A stretch of DNA of 64,000 bases from Stegostoma tigrinum (taxonomy: Eukaryota), in NCBI RefSeq assembly GCF_030684315.1, contig NC_081370.1, forward strand, positions 36,660,728 through 36,724,727. The letters run 5' to 3'. Within the stretch, counting starts at the first letter, position 1. Each line of letters opens with the position of its first letter. The position numbers and the translations under genes are program-made. Positions 13,551 to 27,804 of the stretch are shown in pieces. Below the pieces are notes generated by a model. That model was given only the letters and a program-made list of their open reading frames with translations, was not told the origin of the DNA and did not search any database.

Positions 13551-13947
13551 AAGCCCCTCCAAAACTAGTGCATAGTGGCAGTATACTCTGAGCTGGGTAT
13601 ATCAGTGAAGTATGTATCCTGAATAGGGGATATATGATATGTGGTGTAAACTTCAAATGAAGTATATCAACGAGGTGTGTACTCTCTGTAGGGTATACTA
13701 ATGATGGTGACTGTGTGTATGAGCGTTCGTGCATGTGTGGGGAGGGGTGGGGTTTGGGGCAGAGACAGAGAGAGACTGACTGGAGTAAGTTGTGGGTTGA
13801 CAGTTGTATACTCTGAATGTGGTATAAGAATAAGGGCGTATAGCCTTAATGCAGGCAACAGTAATTGTTATTAAGTCTTGCTGTTTTCTACTATAAAACT
13901 GTCAAAAGCGATCTAATGATCCTGTCAATTTTATGTTAGGGAAATGT

Positions 13948-14593
13948 AGTCAGAAGTCACACAACACCAGGTTGTCCAACAGGTTTATCTGGAATCACAC
14001 AAGCTTTCGGAACAGAGCCCTTTTGTCAGGTGCAGCGAGACAGCAGCACACACAGACACAGAGTTTATAGACAGAGAGATCAAGGGCAGAAAGATCAAAA
14101 GATCATACAACTAGTGTAAGTGCAGTGTCAAATGATAAGTCTCTGCAGGTGAACAAGTGTGTTAGACAATGCGTAAAGAGTTCAGAAAGTCAATGTCAGT
14201 GCTGTGCTGTCATGACAATCAGGCAGAGCCGTAGGAATATACAAAAGGTCACATCTCAGGTCAGACACTGAATTGTAGGCGTGAGGTCTTGTACAAAATC
14301 TGTCTCGGAGTTTTAACCTGGAATCAGGCTTGTTTTATTTTGAAAGCTGGAATTTATAAGATGCCACACTGCCTGGCTGTGACTACAACTTCAGTGTTTA
14401 TTTTGAACAAAATTGAATGTATCTGCAAATAAACAAACATCTTGGAAGAAATGATTAAGGCCATAGATTTATATGTGTGTGGGGAGGGAGCGTGGTGGTG
14501 GTCTTTAGGGGAGTGACAGAGGCAGACTATAAGCTGGTGTTGCGTGACTTCTGACTTTGTCCACCCCAGTCCAACACCAGCACCTCCACATCA
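13948..14593. mobile_element. Fold-back element of a second PLE family
   Basis: agtcagaagtcacacaacaccag (13948-13970) inverted against ctggtgttgcgtgacttctgact (14534-14556), then a 37-nt tail. Hammerhead-like motif on minus strand at 13998-14032 (cacCTGACAAaagggctctgttccGAAAgcttgtg). Related fragments at ~24940-25020 and ~42910-42992. Confidence 0.65.
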
Positions 14594-15252
14594 TGGGGAT
14601 ACATAATTAGATGTTGCTCTGAATTTAAACAAAACAAGTGAATTTACTTTCCCAGGCTAACCATTTATCTGGCAACACACAATTTTTCAGATGTCCTCAT
14701 TACATTAGGTTATGGCTCTGAAAGAATAAATTTTGAGAAACTACATTAAGCTTCACCCAATGATGTCAAAAGAACTTGGGTAAGGAAAAGCTGAACATTG
14801 CAGATCTTGTAAATGAAGACCTATATCTTTGGTCTCCTCATAGACATTGTTATTAAGACTATCTTACCAAAGGAATTTGTACCTGATTGCTATCATACAA
14901 TAAACTATACCTCGATTAAGACAAGATCCTCTTTTTGTTCATGCTCATTTGTAGTTTGTGGCTATCGCTGTAAATTAAGTAGATCCTTAGACCCATGCAA
15001 GGAATCAGAACGGCGGCAACAAACTAGTGTAACCATCTGATAGTGGTTATCAATTGCAACATATAAACCAGACCTGATTTGTGCCCTGTGGATAGTGGAC
15101 AGGACATGAGATGAGTTACTCATTTCAGAATTTTCAACTCCTTACCTGGTCTTGCGGCCACAGTTCCAGTGTGCCAGTTCCAGGCCCAAAGGAAATCTGT
15201 AAACATGTGAATAACAAAGGACACCAACCCAAACTCGTTTGAACTTAGTTAC

Positions 15253-15450
15253 CTGATCGGAGCAGTCACATTTCCCAGAGTCCACCATTCTTTGGGAGGA
15301 TTTAAGTAACGACACCATAATTCCCAGTCAAAACCTTGGGCCGATAGCGGATACTCTTCAATCTCAAAATTATCATACTTGATATTATCAAAGGAAGGAG
15401 ATATGATACGTGTTCTGTCTTCCTTTATTCTTGAGAGTATTGGCTCAGCC
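15253..15450 (-). CDS. GALNT18: GALNT18-like coding exon (probable exon 5)
   Basis: ttttcaag|G GCT...ATC AG|gtaact; 198 nt. AEPILSRIKEDRTRIISPSFDNIKYDNFEIEEYPLSAQGFDWELWCRYLNPPKEWWTLGNVTAPIR. Confidence 0.95.
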
Positions 15451-15539
15451 CTTGAAAAGTAAAGAGATTTTGAGTGGGATATTTTATCCGTAAAACACCG
15501 GTGACATTGGCAAGGCCAGCTTGTAACTACCCTTACAAG

Positions 15540-17480
15540 CATAGGAACATAGGAACAGGAGTGGGCCATTCAGCCCCTCAAGTGTGCTCCCCCATTCATT
15601 GTGGCTGATTTGTGGCCTAACCCCATTTCCAGCCTTGGGGCCCATTCCCTTCGATATTTTGGGTTAATAAAACTTCGTCTATCTCAGGCTTAAATTTAAC
15701 CATTGAATTAGCATTAATTGTTGTTTCACTTTCACTACTCTTTATATGTACAAGTGCTTTCTAACATCTCACCTGAATGGCCCAGCTCTAATTCTTAGAT
15801 GATGCCTCCTGGTAATAGAATATTCAACCAGTGGAAATGGGGTAGACAAAGAGACATAATCTTTCCCGATTAATATCCTGAAGATCTCAATTAGATCACC
15901 CCTTAACCTTCTAAATTCCAGAGAACAAATGTCTCCTCATATCTTGTCTTTGAAGCTCAGGTATCATTCTTAAAATCCTGCTTCGATATCCCTCCAGGGC
16001 CAAAACATCCTTCCAAATGTATGGTGTCCAGATCTGCACATAGCATTCAGTACAGGATAGTACAGCACACAGCACAGTGGGGTATAACTGCATCATAACA
16101 TTTACATTCTCATACTCAACCCCCTTAGATACGCCTTCTTGACTATTTTCTGCACTTTCTCATTGCACTTAAAGAGCTATGAATCTGAACTCCAAACTGC
16201 ATTGGACATCTAGTGTATTTAACTTAGTGCCTTCTTTAAAAAGTACACTGATCTATCCTTGGTTCAGTACAAAATAGACAACCTCACACTTGTTTATATT
16301 AAAATCTACCTTCCACAGTTTTGCCCATTCATCTAATCTATCAATATCCTGTTGTAATTTCATGCTGTCGTCAACCCTGTCTACAATGCTGCCTAATTTT
16401 GTATCATTAGCAAATCTGAATATCACATTTTTTATGCCATTATCTAAGTTGTTAATGAACATTGTAAATAATTGAGGCCCCAACACAGATTCATGTAGGA
16501 CACCACGAGTCATGTTATGCCAATTTGAGTACAAATCCGTAATTCTAACTCTGTTTCCCGCCACTCAACTGTGCATGTCAGTAACTTGCCCTCAGTTCCT
16601 TGGCCTTCCACCTAAGCTAACAGTGTCTTGTGTGGGACATTATCAAAAGCTTTCTGGAAGTCAATTGAAACAACATCCACTGACTTCCTCTGTCCACCAC
16701 CTTTGTCACCTCTGCACTCATCCTTCATGAATCCATGTTGACTCTCCCAGATTAACTTAATTTTTCTGAGGTGATCAGTTTTTCTATCCTCAGTTGTAGT
16801 CTCCAACAATTCCCGCATGGCACATGACAAGGTCTGTAATTTCCCGGTTTCCCTCTGTCACTCTTCTTAAAGAGCAGAGTGACATGAACAACTTTTGATT
16901 CCCAGAGGTACACTCCCTGAATGAAGGGAACAATGAAAGATTACAGTTAGGACATCAGCAATGTGCTCTCCTATCTACTTTAACACCCATGAATGGAAAC
17001 CATCAGGTCCTGAGATTTGTTACTCTCAGTTCCATTAATTTCTCCATTATTGATGATTTATTTAAGCAAATTTTATTTAGACACTGACCCTGATCATCTG
17101 TTAATTTCTTTGAGACTTTTGGCAAACTAGTCTCCTTTTCTGCTGTGAATATTGAGTAAAAATAATCATTTAGCGCATCTGTCATTTCCCCAAGGTCATT
17201 GATAATATCCCCACTCTCAGCCTTCAGTGGGCCAATACGACTCTTAATCATTGTTTTGCCTTTTCATAACTATAAAACCTCTTCTTATTGTCTTTTATGT
17301 CCCTTGCAGGTTTCCTTTCATAATCTTTTTCTGTGGGATCTGTACTGTTCTTTGCATTTTTGTCAGTCCTTTCTTTTAATTTTATGCTGTTCTTTGCCTC
17401 CTTAGATGTCGATGGCGTTTTTTGTGAGGCAGAGATTTTCTTTCTGATGGGTACAACTGCTTCTGAACAGCATTAAATAT
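15540..17480 (-). mobile_element. CR1 LINE ORF2 (RT) and 3' end, decayed
   Basis: ORF pieces SQHGF, IDFQKAFDNVPH, SVLGPQLFTMFINNL and FANDTKLG; 3' tail rc ataggaacataggaacaggag. Confidence 0.9.
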
Positions 17481-17494
17481 TTCTAAAATTTTAG

Positions 17495-18095
17495 CAAAGA
17501 TTCATAGCTCGGGTTGAGGCTGAGGTTGTTGACTTGCTCACCAGGCTGGCTTGTTTTTGTTCAGATGTTTCGTCATCATGCGAGGTAACATTATCAGTGA
17601 GGCCTCCAATGAAGCAATGTTATTCTAATCTGCTTGGAATTTATACTATCTATTCCGTTGAGGTTTTAGTGTCATTTCTGGTTTTGATCTGTATGGGTTT
17701 GTATATGGGGTCCAACTCTATATGTTTGTTGATTGTATTGCGGATTGAGAACCATGCCTCTAGGAATTCTCATGCGTGTCTATGGGAATTTGACTTGGGC
17801 TACTATGGTTACCTTGTCTCAGTTAAATTGATGGCCTTCGTTGTCTGAGTGTACTGATAATAAGAAGAGTTCATCATGCAAGCTGACGTTTGTGTATTCT
17901 GATGGCTAGTTTCCTTCCTGCCTGTTCGATGTAATGTTTGTAGCAGTTGTGTGGTATACTGTAAGCCATGTTGATTCCGCATGTTGTGGGGAATGGGGTC
18001 TTTAATCGTTATGTGTGTTTATCATAGTGTAGCTGTGGGCTTGTGTGCCACCATGATTCCTAGTGGTCTTAGGAGTCTCGTTGTCAGTTCTGAAG
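17495..18095 (-). mobile_element. Penelope-like element, Poseidon-type GIY-YIG region and 3' end with hammerhead-like motif
   Basis: Minus-strand frameshifted KDPIP...AYSIP..C.KHYIEQAGRKLAIRIH. Motif at rc 17562-17599 reads caCTGATAAtgttacctcgcatgatgacGAAAcatctg. Confidence 0.7.
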
Positions 18096-18344
18096 TGCAC
18101 AAATTTAGAAGGCCAGTTAAGAGTCAGTTGGCATTATGCATAGGGCAGATATGGTATGATCAGAGAGTTCCTTCCCTAAGAAAACCAGATAATTTCTTAT
18201 GATAACTGAGTCATTTCTTTGCCACCAATGACACTACCTTTCAGCTCCAGATTTTTATTTAACAAATTGGTAGTGTCTGGCTACCTTAGAGGGATTTGAA
18301 TTTATTTCTCTAGGTCTTCAGTCCAAGCCTCTGGATTATAGAGT

Positions 18345-19120
18345 CACAAGAGTCATAGAGTCATACAGCACGAAAACAGACCCTTTGGTCCAAACACTCC
18401 ATGCTGACCACAATCCCAAACTAAACTAGTCCCACCTGCTTGCTCCTGGCCCAAATCACTCCAAACCTTTCCCATTCATGTATCCATCCAAATGTCTTTT
18501 AAACATTTTAGTTGTACCCACATCCATCACTTCTTCAGGAAGTTCATTCCAAACTCGAATCACCCTCTGCGCAAAACATTTCCCTCATGTCTTTTTTAAA
18601 TCTCTCCTCTTTCATCTTTAAAATGTGTCCCCTAGTTTTGAAATTCTCCATCTTTGGGAAAAGATAACTACCATTAACTCGGTCTATACCTCTCATTATT
18701 TTATAAACTTTTATCAGGCCACCTCTGAACCTCCTATGCTCTAGTGGAAAAATGTCCCAGCCTATCCAGCGTTTCTTTATAACTCCAACCTTCTATTCAA
18801 GGCAACATCCTGGTAAATCTCTTCCAAACCCTCTCCAGTGTGATGATATCTTTCCTACAACTGGGCAACCAGAACTGGACACAGTATTCCGAACAGGCAT
18901 CACCAATATCCTATACAACCTCAACATAACATCCCAACTCTTGTACTCAAAGGACTGAGTAATGAAGGCAAGTGTGCCAAATGCCTATTTAACCACCCTG
19001 TCTATATGTATTGCAGACTGTAAAGAATTATGTACTTACACCCCTAGGTCCCTCTGTTCCTCAACACTACCCCAAGACCCAAACATTAATTGTGTAATCC
19101 CTACCCTTGTTCTTTTGTAC
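18345..19120 (-). mobile_element. CR1 (HER1-like) 3' part; host of nested insertions
   Basis: Tail rc (atagagtc)n and CR1 C-terminal sequence; continues at 21521. Confidence 0.85.
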
Positions 19121-21520
19121 CAGAGGTAGAATGGCACGCTGATCTCTACATCACTGAAGCCAGATGCAAAGTCTATGACACTTCCTCCTACCATCCTGTT
19201 GAGCATGACCCCAATGATCACCAAGGCATCATCTCCCAGACCATCAACAACCTCATATCTTTGGGAGATCTCCCATCCACAGGCTCCAATCTAATAGTTC
19301 TCCAACACGGCACCGCCTGTTTCTATCTTCTTCCCAAAATCCATAAACCCAACTGCATCAGTTGACCCATTGTCTGTGCCTGCTCCTGCCCCACAGAACT
19401 CATCTCCTCCCTCCCCAACTCCGTTCTTTCCCCTTTGATCTAAGAGTTCCCTGCCTACATTCAGGACATAGCCCGCATCTTCTTCCTTTTCCATAACCTT
19501 TTCCAAAACTTTCAATTCTCTGTTCCTGAACACCTCTTCTTCACATGGATGTTCAGTCCCTGTACACCTGTATCCCCCACGGAGATGGCCTAAAAGCCCT
19601 CCGCTTCTTCCTTTCTCATAGCCCCAACAATCCCCCTCCACTGACACTCTCATTCACTCAGGGGAACTGGTCCTCACCCTCAACAGTTTTTCCTTTGATT
19701 CCTCCCACTTCCTACCAACCAAAGGGGTGGCCAAGGGCACCACATGGGCCTGAGCTATGCCTGCCTGTTTGTGAGATTTGTGGAACAGTCCCTCTTCAAC
19801 AACTACACCAGGACCATCTCCCACCTCATTCTCCGCTACATTGATGACTGTATCGGTGCTGCCTCGTGCTCCCGCAAGGAACTCAAACTGTTCATCAACT
19901 TCAACACCTTCCACCTCACCCTCAAATTCACCTGGGCCATTTCTGGCACCTCCTTCCCCTTCCTGGACCTCTCTGTCTCCATCTCCGGTGACTGACTCAC
20001 CACTGACATCCATTTCAAACCCATTGACTCCACAGTTACATAGACTACATATCCCATATTCACAATTGTTTCACTTCCGCTGCATCTGCTCCCAGGGTGC
20101 GGCTTTCTAATCTAAGATCTCCTAGATATCCTCCTACTTTAGAGAGTATAGTTTCCCCTCCGCTGTCATTAAGGATGCCCTCAACCACATTTCCCCCATT
20201 TCCTGCACTTCTGCCATCAAACCCTCACCCTCCAACAACAATAAGGATAGAGTCCCCCTAGCTGTCACATACCACCCCACCAACCTCTGAATACAATGCA
20301 ACACCCTTTGACATTTCCACTACCTAGAATGAAACCCCACGACCAAAGAGATATTTCGCTCCCAACCCCTGTCTGCTTTTGGCAGGGACCATTCACTCTG
20401 TGACTCCCTTGTCAGCAACTGCTCTGCCCAGTGCCGTAAGAAACTACAGAACGTGGTGTGTACAGCCCAGACTATCACAGAAGCCAACCTTCCATCAACA
20501 GACTCTACTTACATGGCTTGCTGCCGCAGAAAGGCGTCAACATCATCAAGTACCCATTGCACACTAGTAATGACCTCCTACAACCTCTTCCGTCAGAGGG
20601 AAGATATAGGAGCCTGAACACATGCATGACCAGGGTCAGAGACAGCTTCTTTACAGCTGTTATCTGACTGTAAACTGGACTCTAGCCTTGAATAACGTAG
20701 CCTGCAATGTGACCTGTCTGTCTCTCAATCTTTCTGATCTGTACATCCATTGCTTGCTGTGATCTGCCTGTAAAGCTCAAAAGCAAAGCTTTTCACTGTA
20801 TTTCAGTACATGTGACAATAAAATCAAAAAATCAATCAGCCCCTCCACCATACCCAGTGCCTTTCCCTCCAGCCGCAGGAGATGCCACACCTGCCCTTAC
20901 ACCTCCCCTCTCACCTCCATCCAAAGCCCCAAAGAATCCTTTCAAATCAGGCAGTGATTTGCCTGCATTTCATCCAACCTGATATATTGCTCCCAATGTG
21001 GTCTCCTCTATATCAGGGAGACTGAACGCAGACTCAGGGACCGGTTTGCAGAGCATCTGCACTCTGCACGCACCAACCATCCCGATCTTCTGGTTGCCAT
21101 CCATTTTAACTCCCCCTCCCACTCCCCTGGTGACATGTCCATCCTTGGCCTTCTTCACTGTCAGAGAGTGAGGCCAAACATAAACTGGAGGAGCTACACC
21201 TGATATTCCACTTTGGGAGCTTACAGGCTGAATATTGACTTTGCCAGCTTCAAAATTTCTCCTCTTCCAACCTGTACATCTTCTGATTCACCTACCTGCT
21301 CCTCCTTTCCCACTGACCAACAATAATAAACTCCTACCTGCATCCACCAATCTCCATCTTATACCATCCCCCCAGCCCCAAACCCTCCCTCTATTTATTT
21401 CTGGGCTCCCCTCCCCGTCCCCAGTCCTGAGAAAGGATTTCGGCCCAAAATGCTGACTTCCCTGCTTTTCAGATGCTGTCTAACCCGCTGTGCTTTTCCA
21501 GTTCCACATTTATTGACTTG
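19121..21520 (+). mobile_element. Decayed Penelope-like element (Neptune-type): RT, Cys linker, GIY-YIG and pLTR
   Basis: YLLPKIHKP, MDVQSLYTCIPH, MGLSYACLFV, LRYIDDCIG, FLDLSVSI; GIY-YIG remnants at ~20960-21060; degenerate hammerhead at ~21423-21458. Confidence 0.88.
20416..20838 (+). mobile_element. Rex1/Babar-like LINE 3' end inserted into the PLE
   Basis: LLQPLPSEGRYRSLNTCMTRVRDSFFTAVI C-terminus; 3' end tgtgacaataaaatc...aatcaatca. Confidence 0.7.
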
Positions 21521-22268
21521 AACTGCGCCTGCCATTTTCCCACCCATTAACCCATTTGATCAAGATCCCTTTGTAATCTTAGAAGACTTTCTTTACTGTC
21601 TGCAATATCAACAATTTTGGAGTCAAGAGGGGACCTAGGAGCGATCCCAGAACTGCTCCCTGTGGAACAGGGACACAGGCCTCTCGTCCAAAAAGTAACC
21701 CTCTACCATCACTCTGTCTCCTGCCATTAAGTCAATTATCTATCCAATTGGCAAGTTCACCCTGAATCCCATGTGACATTACTTTACTAATTAGTCTACC
21801 ATGTGGAACCTTATCAAAGGCCTCACTAAAATCCAAATAAACAACGTCTGCTGCTGTATCATCATCAATGTTTTTGGTAACTTCCTCAAAAAACTCAATC
21901 AAGACAGTGAGACACGATTTTCCTCTCACAAAACCGTGCTGGCTATCCCTAATCAATTTTTGCCTCTCGAAATGTCCATAAATCCTATCTTCTATAATCA
22001 CCTCCAAAAATTTGCCTGCAACTGAAGTCAGACTCTATAGTTCCCTGGTTACTCCTTACAACTTTCCTTCAACAAAAGGTACAACATTAGCCACCCTCCA
22101 GTCATCAGGCACCTCACTCATAGCTATAGATGATGCAAATATTTATGCAAGGGGACTCGAAATTTCCTCCCTTACTTCCCACAACATTCCAGGATATGTT
22201 AGATCAGGTCCTGGAGATTTGTCCACCTATCTATTCTCTAAGACCTCCCGTACTTCCTCTTCTGTGAT
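21521..22268 (-). mobile_element. CR1 RT region, continuation of 18345-19120
   Basis: SQHGFVRGKSCLT...VYLDFSEAFDKVPHGRL. Confidence 0.9.
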
Positions 22269-22919
22269 CGTACAAGTGCGATGCTAGAAACCAGAAATAT
22301 AAACAGGAAATGCTGAAACACTCAGCAGGTCTGAAAGAGGAGAGAAGAACAGAGTTAACATTTCAGATCTGTGGTGTTTCATCTAAACTCATGTTTTTTT
22401 TCAACTAGTGTATTCAGCGAAAGTACCAATAACTCAGTTCCACATCTGGAATTATCTGTCAGTGTATAACCAGCAAGTTTGCCCAAATTTATGCCCATGA
22501 TATGACAGCTTGTGAGGTAAGGAATCTCAGTTTACGTGGATTGGCATCAGGTGAAATGATCTTGGAAGTTTTTGGATTGCTGTAAAATCCTAACTGGCTC
22601 ACAAGTGCCCTTCAAAGAAAGAAACCCCTGCTTGCTTTGGGCCTCCATGTGACTTCTGTCCTACACCACATGGGTGTCTCCTAAACCCCCTCAAGCCAAC
22701 AAGTAACGTGCATTGAAGACAACCTGGTCAGAATCACCAAAGGCAAGAGAAAAAAAAATGTAAAATGAAAGTTGAATTTCAGTTTAGATTTTAAAACATG
22801 CTTGTTTGTGGAACCTTGCTGTGCAAGAAATTAGGAATCTGGTTCTCTGAGTTACTGCAAAAGTACGCAATCAAAAGTTGCTAGATTCTGCAGCATACCA
22901 GGCAACCTGACACACTCAA

Positions 22920-23455
22920 GACAGAAAAGTACTGAGAGAGTGCTGTGTGCTTGAAAAGTCAATACAAAAAGCGCAGTGTACTGTACGAGGGGACATACTG
23001 TGGGAGGGCTATGCTGTAAAAGGGATAGCACTAAGTAAGTGCTAAACTATGGAGTGGCAGTGCCTTACTGAGACAAGGTAGCTCAGAGAGGAATGCTGCA
23101 ATGCAGGGTTGTAATATTGAAGGAGTGCAATGCTCGAAGGAAACTGCTGAGGGAGTACTCCACTGTTATAGATAACCAAGTCCCTTCTGTCCACTCAAGT
23201 TGATATGAAAGATCACACAGCACTGATCCTTTAAAAAGGAGTTCTTCCTGTGTCCTTGTCAATTTTAGTCCTTTGAACAACCACACTTTCACAAATGATT
23301 GTGTCATTACCAATGTTGGTAATTATGGAATCTTACTGTGTAAAAATTGATTGCTGTTATCCCTACATCTCAACACTACACTTTAAACTGTACTTCAGTG
23401 GGAGCAGACTTCTTGGGACATCTTGAGGTCATGAAATATATAATGCAAGTCGATC
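22920..23455 (+). mobile_element. DeuSINE with degenerate internal 33-bp repeats
   Basis: Repeated gtactgagrgagtgctg-like units at ~22930-23165, followed by Deu-like and 3' tail sequence. Confidence 0.6.
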
Positions 23456-25279
23456 ACTTTCTAAATTAATCCCGCAGTTAGGATCTCAAACAGAGCCAAG
23501 ATTGTAATGAAAATCGAACAGCTGATGAAGGGTTCACTGACTTGAAACTTGAACTCTGTTTCTGTCTCCAACAGATTGAACTTGAACTGCTGAGCATTTC
23601 CTGCATTTTCTATTTTTATTTCAGCATCCGCAGCATTTGTAGACAGGTTTGTTCCTGAGTCTAGCTTCATGACACAATGCCATCATTCTGTCCGACAAGA
23701 GGATAAGTCGTTCTTTGAAATGGGCTGGAAAAAAACATCCTAAAATTAAAGAAATTATGGATGGCAAGCACATAAATAGGGCATGAATATATGAAGAGAA
23801 CACCCCTTGGATTCATCCTAAATCCAATGGTAGGTTGCAATAGCTTTTCCTGTGAATAGTACAGTCCTCTCCCGTTTGCTCAGTTCATGTTAATTCATCA
23901 GGCTGCTCCATGACAGCAATAAATGAATATGTCAGCATCTCACAGTCTATTACTCTTTAGGCAAACTGATGTCACGTCACTGATATCTGAACAACTTTAG
24001 TTTCCCTACTCCATCAGCAACAAAAACAATTATTTTGAATTGATGCTATTTAAAGCTTCTATTTCACTTCAGATCATACAAATAGGATCAGTATTTGGCA
24101 GGATTTATTGAGTGTAGAATTTGAGAGTCCAGCCAGCAAAGCAGTGAACAGTCTGGAGCTAACAAATGCATGTGTTCCAGTAGCTGATGGGGCAGGACTG
24201 AGCCTGTTTTTCTGTTTCGCATGACAAAAATGTTTTAAGATGTGCAGCCTCAGTGTAAGCATGACAGAATAACATTGTTGCTGTGAACTCCTTTTGTTTA
24301 AGTGTAAGGTGATGGATTTAACGGATGTGGAACCAAGGAAGGTAGAAGGGGTTCAGACACATGTCATCTATGAAATGTATAACATCTAATTGGGCCTGAT
24401 AGGATAGATGCTGAGAGGATCATGGAATGCCCTACAGTGTGGAAATAGGCCCTTCGGCCCAACAAGTCCACGTGGATCCTGCCTTTTGGCAGCCCCTTCC
24501 AAACCTGCCAGCTCTCCAAACTAAAGGACAGGGCATCAGATTTATGGGGCTATAGCCAACTGAAAGTTTCCTCCAAGATGATCACTATCCTGATTTGGAA
24601 CTATAACACTGTCCCTTTGTGTCGCTGGATTGAAACCCCAGTGAGCCCTTCTTAAGATCAGCATGGATCATCCAATCAAATTGTCCATATAGCACTCAAG
24701 AAAGAGGTTCATCATCACAATGTCAAGTCTAGAAGTGAAATAAAAGAGGAGAAAGAAATATTGGATTAAAAGAGAGAACATAAAAGCCAGAAAGAAAAAA
24801 AACATAAGTTTTTTTAAAATATCTGACTATAGCAAATATCTGATGGAATGAGATGCTGCACTTAGTAAAAGTTCAATTTCTGTCTGAAAAGTTTTAATTG
24901 CTGCAAAAATAAACTATCACGATGAAAAGAGGCAGGACCCAATGAAGGAGCAGTGCTATGAAAGCTTGTGATTTCAAATAAACATGTTGGACTATAACCT
25001 GGTGTCGAGGAATTTCCAACTATAAAAAAAAGGGCTTAAACTGGATCAGACAAACTTACACCTTCTGTAGGAAGGTTCGTCTATGATATTCACTGAGGAC
25101 TGCACAATGTTCAGCATCATTCACAGCTCCTCAAGTACAGAAGTTGTCCATGTTCAAATGCAGTAAGACCTGAACAATGCCCAGGTTTGGGCTGACAAGT
25201 GACAAGGACAGAGGAGTTCAAAACTGGTGGGCATAATTTTAAGGTGAGAAGGGAAAGATTTAACAGGGACCTGAGAAGG

Positions 25280-25935
25280 GCACTACCTGTGAGATCCTAC
25301 ATGCATGCCCACTACACACTGCCCTCAAAGCAGCTATGGGGCGTAGAGACTATCACACATCTCCCTCTGGAATGTGCCTTTCCAAAGGAAATCTGGTGAA
25401 AGATCCAGTGGTTTTCGTTGAAATTTATCCTGAGCAGCTCCATGACAAAAGACTCTGCGCTCTACAATCTGTTCCCCAAGATGCGCATCGAGACAACCTC
25501 GACTGTACCTGGAAGACCATCAACTCAGTGAAAGACAGTCTTTGGTCTAAAAGGAAACTTGCGGTCTTCCAGTGCAAGGGGTTAACCTCAACTGGCACAT
25601 TCTAAGGCTTAGGATGATGAGCTGAGGGACACAAAAGCTTGGGGCAGCTGCCTCCAAAGTTCAGTGGGGAAAGGCCACCATCTAAGTTTTTTGGTCAAAG
25701 TATAATGGGTCCTGATCAGTTATCGGACTCTCTCGGTGCCTGAAATATATGTAAACAACATCTTGCATAAGTAAGGAATGCCTTGGTGTTTGTTGGAACA
25801 GTTGGGAAAGTCAAATTCCAATGTTTGTTTGTTTCTCCATATGCTAAAACTGTACAGAACCAAACTGCTTTAGTGACTGTGTATGTATATAAAGATTATT
25901 TATGAATAAACTATATATTTGAAATTTTAAAAAAT
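25280..25935 (+). mobile_element. Tx1/L1-clade LINE 3' end
   Basis: C-terminal Zn-knuckle-like ETITHLPLECAFPKEIW and WKTINSVKDSLWS; ends tgaataaa...aaaaa. Confidence 0.65.
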
Positions 25936-26520
25936 TGACCAGAAACTGAACTGGTCTATAAATGTAAACATTATGGCTACGAGAGCAGGTCAGAGGCTAG
26001 GAAGTCTTCAGTGAGTAACTCATCTCCTGGCTCCTCAAAGCCTGTCCACCATCTACAAGGCACAAGTCAGGAGTGTGATGGAATACTCCCCACTTGTCTG
26101 GATGAGTGCAGCCCCAACAACACTTCAAGCTCAATTTGATTGACATCACATCCACATTCACCCCATCCACGACTAACACTCTAGCAGCAATCAGTGCGAT
26201 CTACAAAATTTGTCAAAACTCCTTGGACAGCACCTTTCAAATGAACAACCTCTACTATATTGAAGGGCAGAAAATATATGGGAGAACCGCAAACCGCAAC
26301 TTTCCCATCCAAGCCATCCTTCATCCTGACTTGGAAATACATCGCTGTTCCTTCAATGTTGCCAGGTCAAAATCCTGGAATTCCCTCCCTAACAGCATTG
26401 TGCTTCCACCTACGCCAAATGAACTGCAGTGGTTCAAAAATGCAACCCACCACCACCTTCTAAAGGGTAACTAGGGATGGATAATAAATTCTAGCCCATT
26501 CAGTGACCGCCATTAATGAA
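25936..26520 (+). mobile_element. LINE 3' end (CR1/L2-group) sharing its tail with the tRNA-SINE at 53885
   Basis: YKAQVRSVMEYSPLVWMSA-type coding remnant, SKSWNSLPNSIV, tail agggtaactagggatggataataaat. Confidence 0.75.
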
Positions 26521-27804
26521 TATTTTAAAAATTGCACCGTGACAGGAACTTAATGCCATTCAATGTATTTTAACAGGCAACGAAAATGTAAGGTACCCTT
26601 TTCAGGATGCACTTTAGATGCAACCACAGACATTTTGCAGTTAACTTTGATTACTTGAAGTTAGTGTCTGGTTTTCACCTAAACAATGGTGAGTGCCTGA
26701 GCCTCACTGTTGCAGGCAGACAGGAAGATGAAGCACCGTTTAACCTGTACTGACAGTCAGGGAAGGTGCCTGAGCTGCAATCTAACTGAATATGCTCACC
26801 TTTTCTTCGCATATCTTATACACTTCGTTCCTGTAATACTTAATACCTCTGGTTAACAAATTATCAATCAAACGCTTTTTAAATTACTAAATGACCTCAC
26901 ATGAATTGATACTTGCACAAGAGAATTCCAAATACTTCCTATCCTTTGTTGACATTTTCCAATTTCATTCTTAAAAGATATGGCCTTATCTTTCAGATGA
27001 TCTGCCTCAGTCCTTGACTCCTAAAAACAATACAAATAGTTTCTCTTTACTTACCCGATCAATTATTTGGTTTCTACTAGTGATTTTTGGGCCATTGTAT
27101 ATTTTGCAGCAACTCAGATCTGCCATAAGGCACACCTCTACATCAGATTATGATTCATTAAACTATTAATCGACTCCACTAAGCTACTTGTCAAATTCAC
27201 TACTCTTATTATGACTTATTTCACTGCAGGGAAAATTTCAGCAATTAAACTTCAGCCTCTCTCAAGAACATGTTGAAAGTGGGTGACATAATTCTTTGTC
27301 AGATGTAATTGCATCAGGCAGTGAGACTGATTGGCATCATCCATTAATGGATTGAACTCACCGACAGCTTATCAGCTTCACAGCTTTATTTAATTTTCAG
27401 GTCTTTCATCAACTAGTCCTACACTTGAAAAAGAAGTCAACCCCTGAAAATCTTTTTGAATCAGGTAGACACCTGGGCTTGCTATCCTCTGGGAAGAATT
27501 TAGGCAAGTATCATTCCTATAAGATTGTGGGGTTGAGCAATCTGCTTCAAAGCTGCTGTGTTAACCTCAGGGAATGTGCCAATCATTCAAAGGGCTTTCA
27601 ACAGCAGTTTGTATATACAATAAAGATGAATAAGCAGCAAGGTTATGTTATCTATGATATCCATTGCACGTATAGAAAGTAAACTAAGGAATCACTTTCA
27701 GTAAAAAAACAAAGCAACAGAGAAAAAAAGTCTTGAACTTTTAGAGAGCCTCAACAGAGTAAAGCATTCCAAGGATTTTCATAAAAACAATGCATTTCAG
27801 TGTA

